NCBI RefSeq assembly: GCF_009914755.1
Contig: NC_060926.1
Source: the human T2T-CHM13v2.0 reference genome, Homo sapiens
DNA length: 64,000 nt
Reading direction: 5' to 3' (one strand)
In this document: piece after piece, positions 27,561-47,575 of the stretch
Position numbering within the stretch: the stretch's first letter is position 1
Layout: each line of letters opens with the position of its first letter
Notes under the pieces: model-generated
What the model saw: only the letters and a program-made list of their open reading frames with translations
Databases searched by the model: none
What the model was told of the DNA's origin: nothing
Translations under genes and position numbers: made by a program

Positions 27561-29411
27561 AGAGCTTTGCTAAGGGCATTATTTATGAGTAGCTCTTTAT
27601 CCCTAACCTAAGCTTGAATACAGTGAGGCTAGTATAATTACCAATATAAAAATCAACATTACGGTGATTTAGTTACAAGAATATTTGAGTCTATTCAGCA
27701 ACTCATTTTTGGGCAATGGATCTGCAAGATGAATTAATTGGACCAAGGCATAACAGATCCATTCAAAATGAATACCAAACTCTGTGACAAAAAGGATTGT
27801 GCAATGACACCAGTGAACTTCTAAAGCAGGCCGCTTAGCCATTAAATGAATTTGTTACATTCCTATATGTACTCATTCCTTCTTTCTCAGTGTGACATCC
27901 TTACAGCAGTTCTAATAACTAGAACTTTTTAATTAGAATGATCAAAGTGCCCCATCAATAATGTACTGCCATTATACATAACGTTAATGGTGTGAAGCTA
28001 GCATGCTTGCTTCACATGGAGAACTTGTTGCTACAGAGAGTAATTTACTTGAAATAATTTTAGGAGCAGAGATCAGTATGGAAACTGGCCATTTGAGTGC
28101 TGTGTCTACTTAGCAATGACTCTAGTTTGTTTTTGTTGTTGTTGTTGTTGTTGTTTTCAAACATGGAAGGAAAAAGTAGTCAAATCTCTACAGTTTTGTT
28201 CCTTTGTTAAGATCTCAACTTATTTCTTTCATTTATTCAACAAACTCTTGTGCAGCTATTATATGCCAAGCACTGTGCTGGGTACTGGGGATAACGGGGG
28301 GAAAAAAATCCTGTCTCCAGGAAGCCCTGGCCTAATGAGGAAGACAGAAAACCAAATGGTTTTAATACTGTGCGATAGAGATATGCATGTGTGCTATGAG
28401 AGCATGTGAGAGGAGCATCTAAGCAAAGCAGGAGCAAGATGGAATAACACTAACTAAAACTTGAAGTGCAAGTTAAAATTGCCCAAATGAGTAAGTGAAG
28501 GTTGGTGTTTGAGCAGCATTAGCAGAGGTACAGGAGTGTGAGCTCAGCTATGTAAAGGCCCTGAAACTAGTTCAGTATAGTTGGAACATGAAGCTAAGAA
28601 GGAGTGGTAAGAGATTTCTGATTTAGTAGTTGTAAACATTCTAGACCTAAGGAAACAATAATTAAGAGTTTCAAAACTCCAAGCTTTCACAGTCAAATAA
28701 TTATTGCTAAAATTAAAGGAATGTTTTTGGCTTGGCATTCTTCCAAAATGATCAAATTATTAGATGCTGCTAAGGCTTTTAAAGATAAATAAATGTCATA
28801 CAGTTTTCCTTTAGATAAAGCTAGAGAGTAAGATAAGAGGTTCTGAGGTGGATTGTGCAGGGGAATGAAGACTATAGTAGAGCTCATTCCTGAGCTATTT
28901 CAAGAAATAGCTCACACAACAAAGCTAGTCAGCTCCTGCTTCTTAAAATATGATAGTGGCTAAGAAGCCCCTGCCATTACTGAGTCCTCAATGTTGCCAG
29001 AAATGGTGATCTTTAGCAATCAATTTCATCAAACCCAAGCAATAACTGAGTTAATTTTATTGACTATTATGCCATCAAAAAGGCCCAGATTTTTAACCCC
29101 AAAATGATGTTCTCCTTGCTTATATATCCCACCTTCCCTAGCTTCCTCTGAATCTGAATGAATTGCTCATCAATAACTTTCAAATATAATAGTTATTAAT
29201 AATGTCTTGGTCTAATATGCTTATAATTTGATAGGCATTAGCCAAACATAGAACAAAAGTTAGATTTAACTACATTGACCAAATTATCTTATATTTATTG
29301 ACTTAGATAACCCAGAGGAAAGAATTAAACAATACTGTCTAATTTACATGATAAATGAAAAATTTAAAACAACAGAGTAAGCTATACATGTCCAGTATTA
29401 ACGTAGAAAAT

Positions 29412-29413
<2 letters not shown>

Positions 29414-29486
<73 letters not shown>

Positions 29487-29494
29487 GAGAGAGA
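29414..29494. repeat. Compound (GT)n(GA)n microsatellite at an Alu tail
   Basis: Direct read. Confidence 0.97.
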
Positions 29495-29495
29495 G

Positions 29496-29773
29496 GCTGT
29501 CTTGCTGTCACCAAGGCCGGAGTGGCATGATTACAGTTCACTGCAGCCTCAACCCTCAACCTCCTGGGCTCAGGTGATCCTCCCACCTTAGCCTCCTAAG
29601 TAGCTGGGACTTACAGGCTTGTGCCACCACACCTGGCTAATTTTTGTATTTTTTTGTAGAAACAGCATTTCACCATGTTGTCCAGGTTGGTCTTGATCTC
29701 CTGGGTTCAAGTGATCTGCCACCTCGGCCTCCCAAAGTGCTGGGATTACAGGTGTGAGCCACCACACCTGGCC
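29496..29773 (-). mobile_element. AluJ
   Basis: Dimeric Alu in reverse complement. Confidence 0.9.
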
Positions 29774-32499
29774 TAGAAAATTTACTATTTAATCATTTCA
29801 TATATTCAACATGAAAATGAAAAAACATATTTCCAGTGTTTACCTCAATTCCAAATTAATTTCTATCAACTGTCTAGGTCTTTCAACCATTACCTTAGGC
29901 TTTTCTTTCTGAAGAATAGCAAAATAATATTGGAGCTTAATATTTCCCACTCGAGTGGAAGATGTTCCCATAAATATGTTTTGGGGTTACATGTTTGAAA
30001 ATGTATCGCAACATATTGTATGTAAGGAGAGAGAAACATTTTTTCTTGCTCTTTATACTCTTCCATGGATGCTGCCCAACTTATGCACAGACCACAAACT
30101 GACAAAAGTAGTATGCCCCATAACTGTTAAAGAATAAAATTATGTAGTAGTCATAATTCCTTGCTTATTAGAGTCCCTGAAAATTGCCTCACATTCACAA
30201 CAAGCATAGATGCCCCACCCAAACTCCAGAAACCATACAAGCAAGGCAAGGCTGCCAGAACTGATAAGGGTTTCTTGAACCTGGACCCTCAAAAGCCCAA
30301 AGTGGATTGGAGAGTATAAAAGTGCAGGCAGAAGGGCCCTTTTGGCCTCAGAAGTAAGAATTCATAGCCAGTGTGTCATCTTCCTTCTCCTGCAAGAGTA
30401 TTGTAGTCTTGTTTTCCAAGTCTTTTTCCCATCTACGTACAGACACTGCTGTATGTGTGTATTGAAAGGTGTGGTTGATTTGGAATTGAATAAACCTTTT
30501 CTTGGAAACTCCTAACTGTATGATACAACACCATGAACAACTTCCTTATTATATGAAAGGGTAGCACAGTAACACACTAATGGCCCCAAATGGAGAGTAA
30601 TTATTATTGCAAATTCTTGAGAGAACAGAAACAAAAGGCAAAAGATATATATAGATTACAACATGTTCTTGACACAGCACAAAAATTGAATGGAGGTGAG
30701 GACAGTTTCAGCAACAAATGACTTAAACATTGAATCTAAAAGGAAAACATGGCTATCAAACTTAAAGTAACTAGAATGTCAACAATAAACCTTACAGATC
30801 ACCTGTCCCAATAAAAAAAACAGAATGTTGACTTTTTAAACACACATGTATCCAGAAGAATTATTGGGAAATTATTGTATCCATTTCTAAGTATCTCTAA
30901 GTACTGGAAATATGTATTTTGATATAGATTCAAAAAATAATTAATGTGTAAGACAAACTATTTTAGAAGGTATTTAAAGGATTATATTTAGGTTGGTTAG
31001 GCAAAGAACTGAAAAAGAACACCCTGCCCTTATTTCAATTCTATTTGCTCTGTGAAGGAGTGGAGCTGGCCAACTTAAGTTACTTCTTTGTGCCCAGGAT
31101 ATAACTCATCCCAAGTAGCTTTTGAATTGCCTGGGAGCTCACAAAAGGAGAGGGGTCCCTGAAGGATTTCCAAGACTATGAAATAGTTTGAGTACACCAT
31201 GCTCTCTTTGTACATAGTATCCAGCTGAGTTCAAAGTACAAATAGGCACTTAGTAAACAATGTTGACTTGAATGAATTAACTAGATTTTTTTTCCTGTAG
31301 CTTAAGGTTAATCTCTCCAGAGACAATATCACATTGTTTTTCTTGAAATATTTCTAATATGATACAGTTTAAGCCAAAATCTGAATCATAATACAGTGAA
31401 TAATCATAGTTTCTTAGACATACACTATTTCAAAATTCTTTGCCCACTGAAAAGTAAGTTCAGGGAGACCCTTAAACCTCCCCTTACCCTAGATACTAAA
31501 TTTCACTGCTTCTGGCAAGAACAGATGAGTTAATGCATTCTATTTATAGTTGATTCATATACTTCTCCATCATAGAATGGATTCCAGGAAAGAGGTGGGA
31601 TATTGTAACTGTGTGCAGTAACATTTCATAGTTCTTTAATACATTCTAAGTGCTGATGAAAAATTTCTTCCCTTCCTCATATTTTTATGAAAGCCTAAGT
31701 TGCAAGATTTTAAGCTGGATGGTAAGAACACAGCTACATATTATCACCCTTGACATTTGCAGACTGAAAAGAACTCTTTTTTCGTCTTGGTTTCTTTCAC
31801 TCACTGACTCAATAAACAATACTTATTTATTGTAGGAAGATTTAAAGACCAAACCCAGGATGGTAAAATGGCAAGAGGATGGGTTTTGGAGTAACACAAC
31901 CCTAGTCACAAATCCTGACTCTTCCCCCTTAATAGCTGGATGACCGTAACCTTCTGACCATCCTCATCTGTAAAATGAGGAGAAAAAGACTCGCCCTGGG
32001 GATGCTGAGTTTTGAAGAAGAAAATGTATTTGAAGCACTTAGCACAAAGCCTGATTGTTCATAACTTTCTGCACCCTTTTCTTTATCTCCTTCCCTTCTC
32101 TTCTTTCACTTCTTTTGATGTTGTACAATATAATCATGTTTCCAGAAGAAAAGATTAAGCCATGAATTTCTCTATCCTCTATTTACACAAATTACATGTT
32201 TCTTTCTAATATGAATCATTATACAATTCTACCACATTAAAATAACAATAAATTATGATTAAAATATACTACTAATAATGATATTTTTCATGTATATCAC
32301 CTCCCAAGTTTGAAGAACTTGCTGAATATTATAATAAACTCTAAAGGGCATGATTGCCTCCTGTAACTGAATCTATCAATAGGCAAGTCTTGATCTATGC
32401 TCAGAAGATCTCATTAAGAACCTGATTTTGTAGTTTTTGCTTAGTGCACAGGCTGGGTTGTCCCCTCGTGGCCCTTATGATGCAGGAGAGAGAGGAAAA

Positions 32500-33800
32500 T
32501 TCTTCGAGAGAGACACTGGAGAAAGCAAGAGAGGATGAGCAGATATTTGGGCAGATTATCTTGTGGGAAGAACAATCAAATGCAAAGGTAATGGAGGAAG
32601 GAGTATACTTGATATGATATATTACACACTAATATAATATTTTTGCCATTAAAAGTGATGGCAAGAAGAGCAATTACTTTTGCACCAACCTAATATAACA
32701 CACTAGTGGCAAATACACTAGCAAGAAGGCTAGTGTGACAGAAGCAGAGTGATCACACAGAGTGGCAGGACATGAGATCAGAGAAAGATCAAAAGGCCAG
32801 TTAACATAGGGCCCTATAGGGCATTGCATGGATATTGGCTATGGCCCTGAGTAAGATTTGAGGATTTTGGAAAAGGAGTCACATGATTTCACATTTTATA
32901 AGAATTACTCTGGGTACCATGTTAAACTGGACCACAGAAAAACAAGAGAAAGCAGGGAGACTTGTTAGTACATTTGCAATAAAACAGGTGGAAAATAGTT
33001 ATACCTTGGATAAGGATGTAGTAATGAAGTTATTGGGAAGAATTTGAATTCCGTGTATATTTTGAAAGTAGAACCACTAGGATTTTCTCATAGACTAGAT
33101 GTGGAATATGATGGGAAGCAATAATAAGGTATGTGAGAAAAGTCTGCAGGAGGGGGAGTTTAAGGGAGAACAATTGGAAGCTTGATTTTGTACTTGTGAC
33201 ACTTGCGGTGCCTATTAGACAGCTTACAAGTTTATAGCTGATTATATAAAGTACTTACTCTGTTCCAGGCAGTTTTAAGTGCCTAATCAACATTAATTCA
33301 TTTAATCTTCACTACAACCCAGTAAATGAGGTATTTGGAATTTATGTGTCCTCAGTTCTTAATAGGATTTAAAACCACGAGACTGAATGAGATCACCAAG
33401 AAAGTAAGTGTAGATGGAGAAAAGAAGACCAAGGACTGAGGTAGAAGCACTCTGATACTTAGCATTTAGGGACATCACGGGACACCAACAAAGGAAATTG
33501 AGAAAGAGTGGCCCATAATGGAGGAGGTAAATGAGTGTCCCAGGAATCAAGTGAAGTTAAGTGGATCAGGAAAGATGAAGCATCATGGTGTCAAAGCTAC
33601 TGACATTTCAAGTAAAATGAGGACTGAGAATTGCCCACATTTCAGTGGAATCGTGAGGGCAAAAGCCTGGTGGGAACAGACTCAAGAGGGAATGGGAAGA
33701 GAGGAAATAAAGACAACTAGTTAGCATAGGCAACTCTTGAATTTTTCTGTAAGATGGAGCAGAAAAATGAGATGGTGACTGGAAGGGATGTGAGGTCCAG
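32500..33800 (-). mobile_element. L2 remnants with a MIR fragment
   Basis: Purine-rich degenerate L2-like tracts (tatattttgaaagtagaacc, gatgaggactgagaattg); boundaries approximate. Confidence 0.6.
32640..32693. mobile_element. MADE1 (Hsmar1 MITE), about two thirds
   Basis: TTTTGCCATTAAAAGTGATGGCAA...CAATTACTTTTGCACCAACCTAA. Confidence 0.85.
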
Positions 33801-33839
33801 GAAGGCTCTTTGTTTTGTTTTGTTTGTTTCTGGTTTTGT

Positions 33840-38110
<4,271 letters not shown>

Positions 38111-39472
38111 TTGGTGAATGATGAACTGCAATTCTGCTTCTTTAGATCTCAATAAAAGTGGAGGAAACTCCTTTTAACTTTAGGGAACCCCCTTCATCCA
38201 AAAGAACACTGTGGAATTTTATTCAAACCCAAATGAGAAAGAGGCAGACTTTAAACACATAATCTCTCATACTTCAATGATGAAAGGAGAAACATGCCAA
38301 GAAAATGACAAACACTTAATGCAAATCAGAAAATTCTGCAACTTTGTTGAAAATAGTCTCGGTTTTTTCTGCTGTAATTGGTTTAGTGTTGCAGGATTGA
38401 CTATAATCCCTGCTCAAAATCAGCCTTAGAGCTGTTTTCGTACTACCAGTTTCAGAAGTCTAGAGTTACATGGCGGCTTGCTGCATAACTTAAGTGTTCC
38501 GTGTTCACTGGCCACAAAATTACTTCCATATTCTTATTTGCAATCTTTTGTCAAAGAAAGTGCAGTTTCAGTGTGTGCTGCTTTTACAGAGTTCCATCAG
38601 AGTTTCTCTATTTTCTTGTTAATTCAGTGACTCTCATATTTGTCAAGAAGATCTTCATTTCCTAAAATATCATAAGGCCCTCTTTTAGAGAAGAGAGAAG
38701 ATAATCTTTTTATGAGGTAACAAGGCATTTTTTGGTCATACCAATGAGCAAACGAAGTCTAGTGCTTAAAAGCATGGTTCTGCAGCCAGACTATTCAGAA
38801 TCAGCTCCCACCTTTCTTCACTACCACTAGCTGTGCATCCTTGGAATTTTCTCTTGGTTTCTCCTTTGTAAAATTGGCATAATAGGTTTGGGTGTCAGGA
38901 TTAACCAAACATACACATTATAAGATTTTTAGGACCATACTTGACAGAATATACACTCAAATATTATACATCACAATTAAATAAATAACACATGAATGGA
39001 TTATAGTATTTTTGTAGTTTTCTTCCTAAGTGTAGCTTGCCTTGGGATTCAGCATGACTAAAACACATTTGCATACCTACATCCTTTTTTACCTTTTTTT
39101 TTCTTTTTTTTCTTGTGTGGGTTTTTTTTGGCCTTCTCGCAAATAATCCTGGGCTTGTCCCTACAAAAACTAAATGCCTTGGGTTTGTCCCTATAGAAAC
39201 TCTCTTGTTATCTTAAGGATAGCTCAGTGTTTGAGGGGTGAAAAAGACAAAGCAGAGATGCCTCAGGTAAGATCTTGAGTTCATATTCTCTGACATATAC
39301 TGGTTGGTTTGTGTTTAGTTAGGGTTGAGTTAATATGTATAAAGTGCTTAAAACAATGCCTGGCTGAAGTGTTTGTTTTCCGTTAGGAGAGAGGGAGAGA
39401 CAGGAAGAAAGTAGCAAAGAATCTGAGAGGGAACTATCTCCAGTTATCCGAGTCATTACCAAATCCTCCTAA

Positions 39473-39947
<475 letters not shown>

Positions 39948-40305
39948 TAGCACAGATGTTGGTCCTTCCTGAGAGAAGGTTTTCTTTGACTCCTAAGTCC
40001 TTTGTTATAAGGACACTTCATAGTACTTAACTTTGTCTGAGATTGTGTTTATGATTATTTGGTTAGTCTGTCCACCTGTGGTTAGTCTCAGACATGCTAA
40101 CCAATCTGTAAATATTTATTAAATAATAAATCAATATTTCTCTCACACTCACAATTTGAAAATTTTCTTCTTCTCCCTAACTTCTTCACTGTGAATGTCT
40201 GAACAGTGACTTAAAGAAGTAGCCGCAGGAGAAAAGAGTTGGGGGCTATTTCATCATGTGGCTACATCATCTCATGGTTACATCATTTCATGGCTACATA
40301 ACTAG

Positions 40306-40937
<632 letters not shown>

Positions 40938-42059
40938 TAAATCTCCTTTGACAAAGTGTAGGATACAAGATTTGGAAGTGTTCCTACAGACTCTCTAGTC
41001 CAACTTCTTTGGTACTGACAACACAAGAAAATTCATCATTTAGTGTGTGGGTTGAGGACTTTATCCAGCCACCTTCCAAGCAACAACTCCATATACAAAA
41101 AAAAAAAATGTGTTTTAAACTATAAGAGCTTAAATGTGACTCATCAACATCTGCTTTCATTAAATATTTTTCTCTCAGAGACTAAAACCACTTACAAAGT
41201 TAGAATAATACTTGTAACTTAACACATGGCAAAGGACAAGTCTTTTATGCCACTTTCTTTGTAATTCTCTCATTTTAAATCTTAAATGACTTTCCTCTAT
41301 CACAGGACTTTTGTGAGGAATGTTTGAAAGGATCTGTTGACTCATAGCTGCAGAACTGCTTAAGTTTGCTTTAATAAGGGAATAATCAAACGCACATCTA
41401 ATTTAAGTGGAAAACCACTATATTTTGATATTGTAACCTGAGTATTAGAGGATTAAAAGAATTCCAGGCTGAGGGGAGAAAACTCAAAGTTTATTTTGGT
41501 CATCTTTCTTTTTAGTCTCCCTTCTTTCTTCCTAAAACAGAGAAATTTTGCCCTGAAACTGCCTCCTCATTGCCCAGAGCCTTCCGTAATAGTTCTTCAA
41601 ATAACAGGGCCCTGTGCTGTGTTTCAAACTTTGCTTACTTTATCTGTACATCTCATTCCTGCTCTGTTCTTTCTCTACTCAGTTAAAAAAAAAAGGAAAA
41701 ACATTTCATTGAAGAACATAATCATTGTTAATGTGTTGATAGGCTAACATCCTGTTTCAACAAGATAATAATACCCTTCACCCAGTTAAAATCTCACATT
41801 CCAGAAAGTCCCTCAGGAATGACTAATCTGGGGAATTCCAGTCATGGCATCAGACTCCTGGGTTGAAGTATATTTTAGCAGTTCAGGCTTTCTCTCCTTA
41901 TCCTTTAAATGACACTGTATAAAGAGCTTCCTGTAATTGACTTTGAGCAAAGTAGACTCTGGAAATCAAACAACCAGTTACTGCCAGTTAAACAGCCTAA
42001 GAATCCAAGAGGACAAAAAGTTTTGTGCAAATTAAAAGTTGTTTCCTACTTGTAAATTA

Positions 42060-42600
42060 AAAGTTGTTTCCCTTCTTGGAGACATCTTCAACAAAGCTAA
42101 AGCAAAGGATAGACGAAAATAGCAATCAAAGGATTAGTATTCAGACTATATGAAGAATTTCTACAAATTAAGAAAACATAAGCAATCCAATAGAAAAACA
42201 AGCAAAAGTGATGAAGAGGAAATTCATTAAAAATTAAATGCAAATGATCCACAAACATTTGAAAAGATACTCAGCCCCATTTGTAACCAGAAAAATGCGC
42301 ATTGAAAAAACAATGAGACATGGTTTTTTGTGTACCAGATTAGCAAATATTTAAAAGTTTGATATTATCAAAATATGAGTAGGAAGTGGGTAATCCTTAG
42401 TTTTTTTAATATACTGCTAGTGAGAGTGTAAAGTGATAATGCCATTTGTAAGTATCTACAATGTTTAAAATGTGTGCTCTTTGGAAGCAATTCTATGTCT
42501 TCCTATTCATCCTAGAAAATACTTCACATATGCATAATGAAGTATTTATAAGGCTGCTAACTGCAGCATCATTTGTATAACAAAATATGGAATAATACTT
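42060..42600 (+). mobile_element. L1ME-like ORF2 3' remnant
   Basis: 'aatccaatagaaaaacaagcaaaag...gaaaagatactcagcc' degenerate L1 3' end. Confidence 0.65.
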
Positions 42601-44665
42601 CTCTGCTGCTTTATTCTCCAAACTGAAATAAATAAATAGGTGCTAGCACCCTCACATTCTAGAGGAATCCACTAATGATCCCCAAAACTTGTTCCCTAAG
42701 GATATCTAAAACTGCAGGCATAATATGGAGAGCGTGACGGAACATAGCCTTAAGAGGACCAGCAAACAAGCAGAGAAAGAATCTGAGTCTTTCAGGATAT
42801 CATTAATCCAATGGCACTAAACTTGGGAGCCGTTCTACTCTGTTCTACCTAAAAAGGATTTCCTTTTTTAAGGTCATCAATGTCTGTTGCAGGCATTTTT
42901 ATTAGGTTTCTAGCCTTCTTTGCCCAGTCATCCACTAACCTCTAAACCTGATACCTTCTTCATAGACTTTTATGCCCCATTCACAGTCTTCCTCTGCACC
43001 TTAATCCATGTCACTCTCCCTTGGATAAACACTGACATATGAATCATGAAGATACTGAAAGTAACACTAGATAATAAAAACTATATTTTGAGCCCTTATT
43101 AGGTGTCAAATGTGAGACGCTTTACATACATTATCCCATTTAATCCTCACATCAGTTCTAAAAGCCAGGAAATAATGTGACCTTCATTGTATGGATGAGG
43201 ATCAGACATGGAAAAGTTTCGGAACTTGCACAGAGTCACCCAACTAGAAAGTGGTAGAGCTGGGATTCTGACTGCAAAGCTGATGTCTGTAAGCACTGGG
43301 TCGTATTCCTAACAGTCTTTCCTCACTGCTTTCTGGACTTCCTGAAGCAGACTTACACCTGTAGGCAAGACCTATCCAGACTCACTTGATGTGGTTTCAC
43401 TTCCAAGATTTTGATCTCTGGAAATCCACAGGCTGACTTCAACTTCAAATCCTCCATTTCTTCATCATCACTGAACTTGTTTTTAATCCTAATGGTGTTT
43501 GTTTGTGTCTTGAACTCTCTCTTTTCTTCAGCTTATCCTCCCTTCTCTGAGTTTATTTTTAATGTAAATAATATGCTAATTCCTGATAGTAATACACTCT
43601 TCACCGCCTCACAGCATCCCTTGCCATTTTTCTTTTCTCTCATTCCTGTCTTAGCATTTTCAAGCTCAATATAAAGAAAATATGCTTTCTCTACTGTCAC
43701 TTTCTGGACATTTAACATTCTTAGGGAAAATGAATATGCTGCGTCTACAGCAATTAATATGTCTAATTTTAACTAAGCTCTCATTACTGCCCAGAAATTA
43801 TTATATTCAGGTACAGTCAACTCTCAACCTTCCATGTAGCCCTCCTGTCCTTCAGCTCCCACCCTATTTCTGGTAATTTCTCAGAATATACCAATCACTT
43901 TCTCATTTCCCAGTAAGATTCAAGATATCAGATGTAGACTTTGTGCAGCTTCATTCTCTCCATCTCAGTATATCTTGTTAATTTTAGTCTGTTCGCCCCT
44001 TTCCTTTACTCATGCCTCTAATGATGATGGAAGTCCTCCCTTTACGAGGTTCAACCTGGGCTCTATTCCCATTCTTCTTCACTTCCTTTAGGATCTTATT
44101 CCACCAAGGGCCTCTCTTGATGGTGTTTTAATTTGCTCTCTGTTTGAGTTTCTAAAAATATTCTCTCTCCTTATAAATATCCTCCCTTTGACTTGCTGCC
44201 CTCTCAAGTTACTGCCCTCTGTTGTTTCTTCTCTTCTTTGGAAAACATCTTTAAAAAGTAGGCTACCATCATAGCTTCCATTTTTCCTACCACCCACTCA
44301 TTCCTCAGATCCTTGGAATTTTAACTCCACCCTTGGTTCTCTTTCTAAAACTATTCTCTCAAAGGTCACCAATTACCCCATAATTGGCAAAGCCTACAGT
44401 TTTTCTCAGGCCTTTGTGTACCACTCAGCATTGTTGAACACTCCCCTGTTTCTTTTAATTTCTTCCTTCCTTGGTACTGTGACTGGTATCATTCTGGATC
44501 TACTTCTGGATCACTAATCTTTCCTTATGTGTTCTTTCCTGTCTTCTCTTCCTTCTTCCATCTGCAAAGCACAGACATCAAGTAAGGCTCATCAGTGCAC
44601 CTTTCCCCCTATACGCCCTCAAGATTCTTAAGTATCTATATGCATACCATTCTAAATGTACCTAA

Positions 44666-44800
44666 GGTTGTGTGCAGGGGCTCATGTCTGTAATCCCAGC
44701 ACTTTGGAAGGCCAAGGTATGTGATTTGCTTAAGCCCAGCAGTCTAAGACCAGCCTGGGCAACACAGTGAGACCCTGTATCTACAAGAAATAAATTAAAT
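44666..44800 (+). mobile_element. Alu left monomer (FLAM-like)
   Basis: Left arm only, with an A-rich end. Confidence 0.8.
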
Positions 44801-45704
44801 TCATTTAAACTAAATTTGAAATATAGATATACTTAAAACCCAGACACCCCTAAGTTCCTGATACACATGGAAAACTACCCTCTATATATCTTCAGTTTAT
44901 ATTTTAAAATAGCTATATCTAGCTATCTAATATCCAGTTTTCTAGGTGAGATAGGTACTGACAAGATTCTTTAAAGAACCCATAGTGAATGGAGAAGTGA
45001 CAGTCAATTATCTATCTAATATAATTGTAGTAGTAGTAATTATAGCAATGATAGCTAACATTTATTGAATCTTGGAATATATGCCAGCCATCAGGCTAAA
45101 TGCTTTATATTTAAGAATTTATTAAATCTTCACAACAATTTTATGTGGGAGTTACTTGTACTAGCCTTTTAAGAGGTTCTATACAAAGATTTCTCACAAA
45201 GCGTTACAACAACCATTGTAGTAGTTATTCTTATTATCCTAATTTTGAAGATGAGCAAGCCAATGTTTAGAGAGATTAAATATCACATAGCTAGTAAGTG
45301 ATGGAGACAGTATTTGAACCTGTCTCAGTAAGGATGATGACGATGGTCATAGTTACCATTTCTTAGCACCTACCGCATTCCAGGACCTGTACAAGGTAAG
45401 TACATGTGTTATCTAACCTTCAGAAATCTATGAGGTTTTCCTTTTGACACAGTAGGAAACTCAGGCTAAGAAAGGTTAAATTAAATGTTCTAGGTTGTAG
45501 AGCAAATAAATCGCAGAATTTGTGTGGTAGATATTAAAAATGGCAAAAAGAAATTATTTGCAATTCTTGCCACAAAGAGTTACAGTCTATTTCTCCACCA
45601 CTAGAAGGATAGAATGGAGCCAGAAGTGTCTAGAGTTATTCATTTGAATGTCCCATTGGCATTTCAAACTCAATATCCAAGTCTGAGCTAATTGTCTTAT
45701 CACT

Positions 45705-46201
45705 TGTGTTGGTTAAGTTTATATGTCATCCTGACTGGCCATAGGATGCACAGAGGAGGCATTACTTCTGGATGTGTTTGTGAAAGAGTTTCCAGATTAA
45801 ATTACCATTTAAATCGGCAGACTCAGTAAAGTAGATTGCCCTTCCCAATGTGGCTGTGCATCATCCAATCCACTGAGAGTCTGAATAGAACAAAATGTGG
45901 AGGAAGGAGGAATTTTCTCTTTTGCTTCCTGCCGGTCTGCTTGAGCTGGACATCTCATGTTCTGTGGTCCTTGGACTAGGATTTACACCATCAACTCTCC
46001 TGGTTCTCAGACTTCCAGACTTGGACTGAATTATACCACCAGTTTTCCTGAGTCTTCAGTTTTTGGACCTTCTCAGCCTCCATAATTATGTGTGTATAAA
46101 TGTGTGAGAAAGAAGTAGGAGACATATATCTGTAAACAGATAGATAGATAGACACATATCCTACTGGTTGTGTTGTTTTTCTGGAGAACACTGACTAATA
46201 T
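45705..46201 (+). mobile_element. MLT2 solo LTR (ERVL)
   Basis: 'ctcagtaaagtagattgcccttcccaatgtgg...ctgaatagaacaaaa...ctggagaacactgactaata'. Confidence 0.85.
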
Positions 46202-46591
46202 ATTCCTCTAAAATAAATCTTTTTTATGTGCTTTATTCTGATATATCATGGTTTAGAATTAGGGAACTGAATCTCTACTTTACACCAATTACTCTCATCA
46301 CCCAACCTTTTAATTGAATCTGTGTCATATACCATTCCCTGGTTAGTATCCATTAAACGCAACTCTAAAGTTAGTTCCCTGTTCAAAATCTTTCTGTGGC
46401 TTTCTATTATATGGCCCAAAAATGTCCAGCCTCTTCCTTACTGCCTTACTTATATTCTAAATTTCAGCCAGAATAAACTGTTTCTCCACAACTATCTCCC
46501 CACTACCCTCCCTCCCCTAACATATATACTCATGCTTTTCTGCCTTCGTGGCATTGCACTTTGCTTCTCCCACCCCATATTAAATATTATC

Positions 46592-46956
46592 TGTTTTAGT
46601 CTGTTCTGTGCTGCTATAACAATACCACAAATTGGGTCATTTATAATGAATATAAATTTATTGGATCATGGTTGCAGAGGCTGGGAAGTCCTAGATTCAG
46701 GGGCTGGCATCTTGAGAGGACTTTCTTGCTGTATCATCCCATGGCAGAAAGGCAAAGAGAGGGCCAGAAAGACAAAGAGGGGATTGAACTTACTTTTATA
46801 GTAAGCCCACACTTCCAGGATAATGACATTAATTCATTCATGAGGGCAGATCCCTCATGACCTAATTACTTTTAAAAGCCCCAACTCTCAGTACTGCTGC
46901 ATTGGGGTTTAAGTTTCCAACACATAAACTTTGGGGGACACATTCAAACCATAGCA
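46592..46956 (-). mobile_element. MaLR solo LTR (MSTC/MSTD/MLT1A-like)
   Basis: tgttttagtctg...gggggacacattcaaaccatagca. Confidence 0.85.
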
Positions 46957-46974
46957 TCATCTCTTCCATGAGTT

Positions 46975-47575
46975 TTTTTCTTTTTTCAAATTGATACCTA
47001 ATAGATGTACATACTTTCAAGGTATATATGATATTTAGATACATCCATATAATTTGTAATAATTGAATGAGGGTAATTGGGATATCCATTACCTTAAACT
47101 TCTATCTTCTCTTTATGCTGGGAAAATTCAAATTATTCTCTGCTAGCTATTTTGAAATATACAGTAGATTATTGTTGACTATCACCACTCTACTTACTTA
47201 TCAAACACTAGGTCTTATTTTTTCTATCTACCTGTATTTTTTTCTTTTTTCTTGAGACAAGTTCTCACTGTCACCCAGGCAGTGGCACAATCATGGCTCA
47301 CTGCAGCCTCAACCTCCTGGGCTCAAGGGATCCTCCTGCCTCAGCCTCCCAAAGCAGCTGGGACTGTACTCATGCACCACCATGCCTGGCTAATTTTTTT
47401 TTTAACTCTTTGTAGAGATGGGATCTCGCTATGTTGACCAGGCTGGTCCCGAATTCCTGGCCGCAAGTGATCCTCCCTGTTTGGCCACCCAAAGTGCTGA
47501 GATTACAGGAGTGAGCCACCCCACCGAACCACTACTGTAATTTTGTACCCATTAATCAACCTCTCTTCATCCCCT
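46975..47575 (-). mobile_element. L1MA 3'-end fragment with nested AluJ (47236-47530)
   Basis: L1 3'UTR-like sequence continues after the Alu. Confidence 0.78.

Noticed and set aside
46322-46801. 159-aa plus-strand ORF
   Set aside because: GTG start, runs into a MaLR LTR, no recognisable domain
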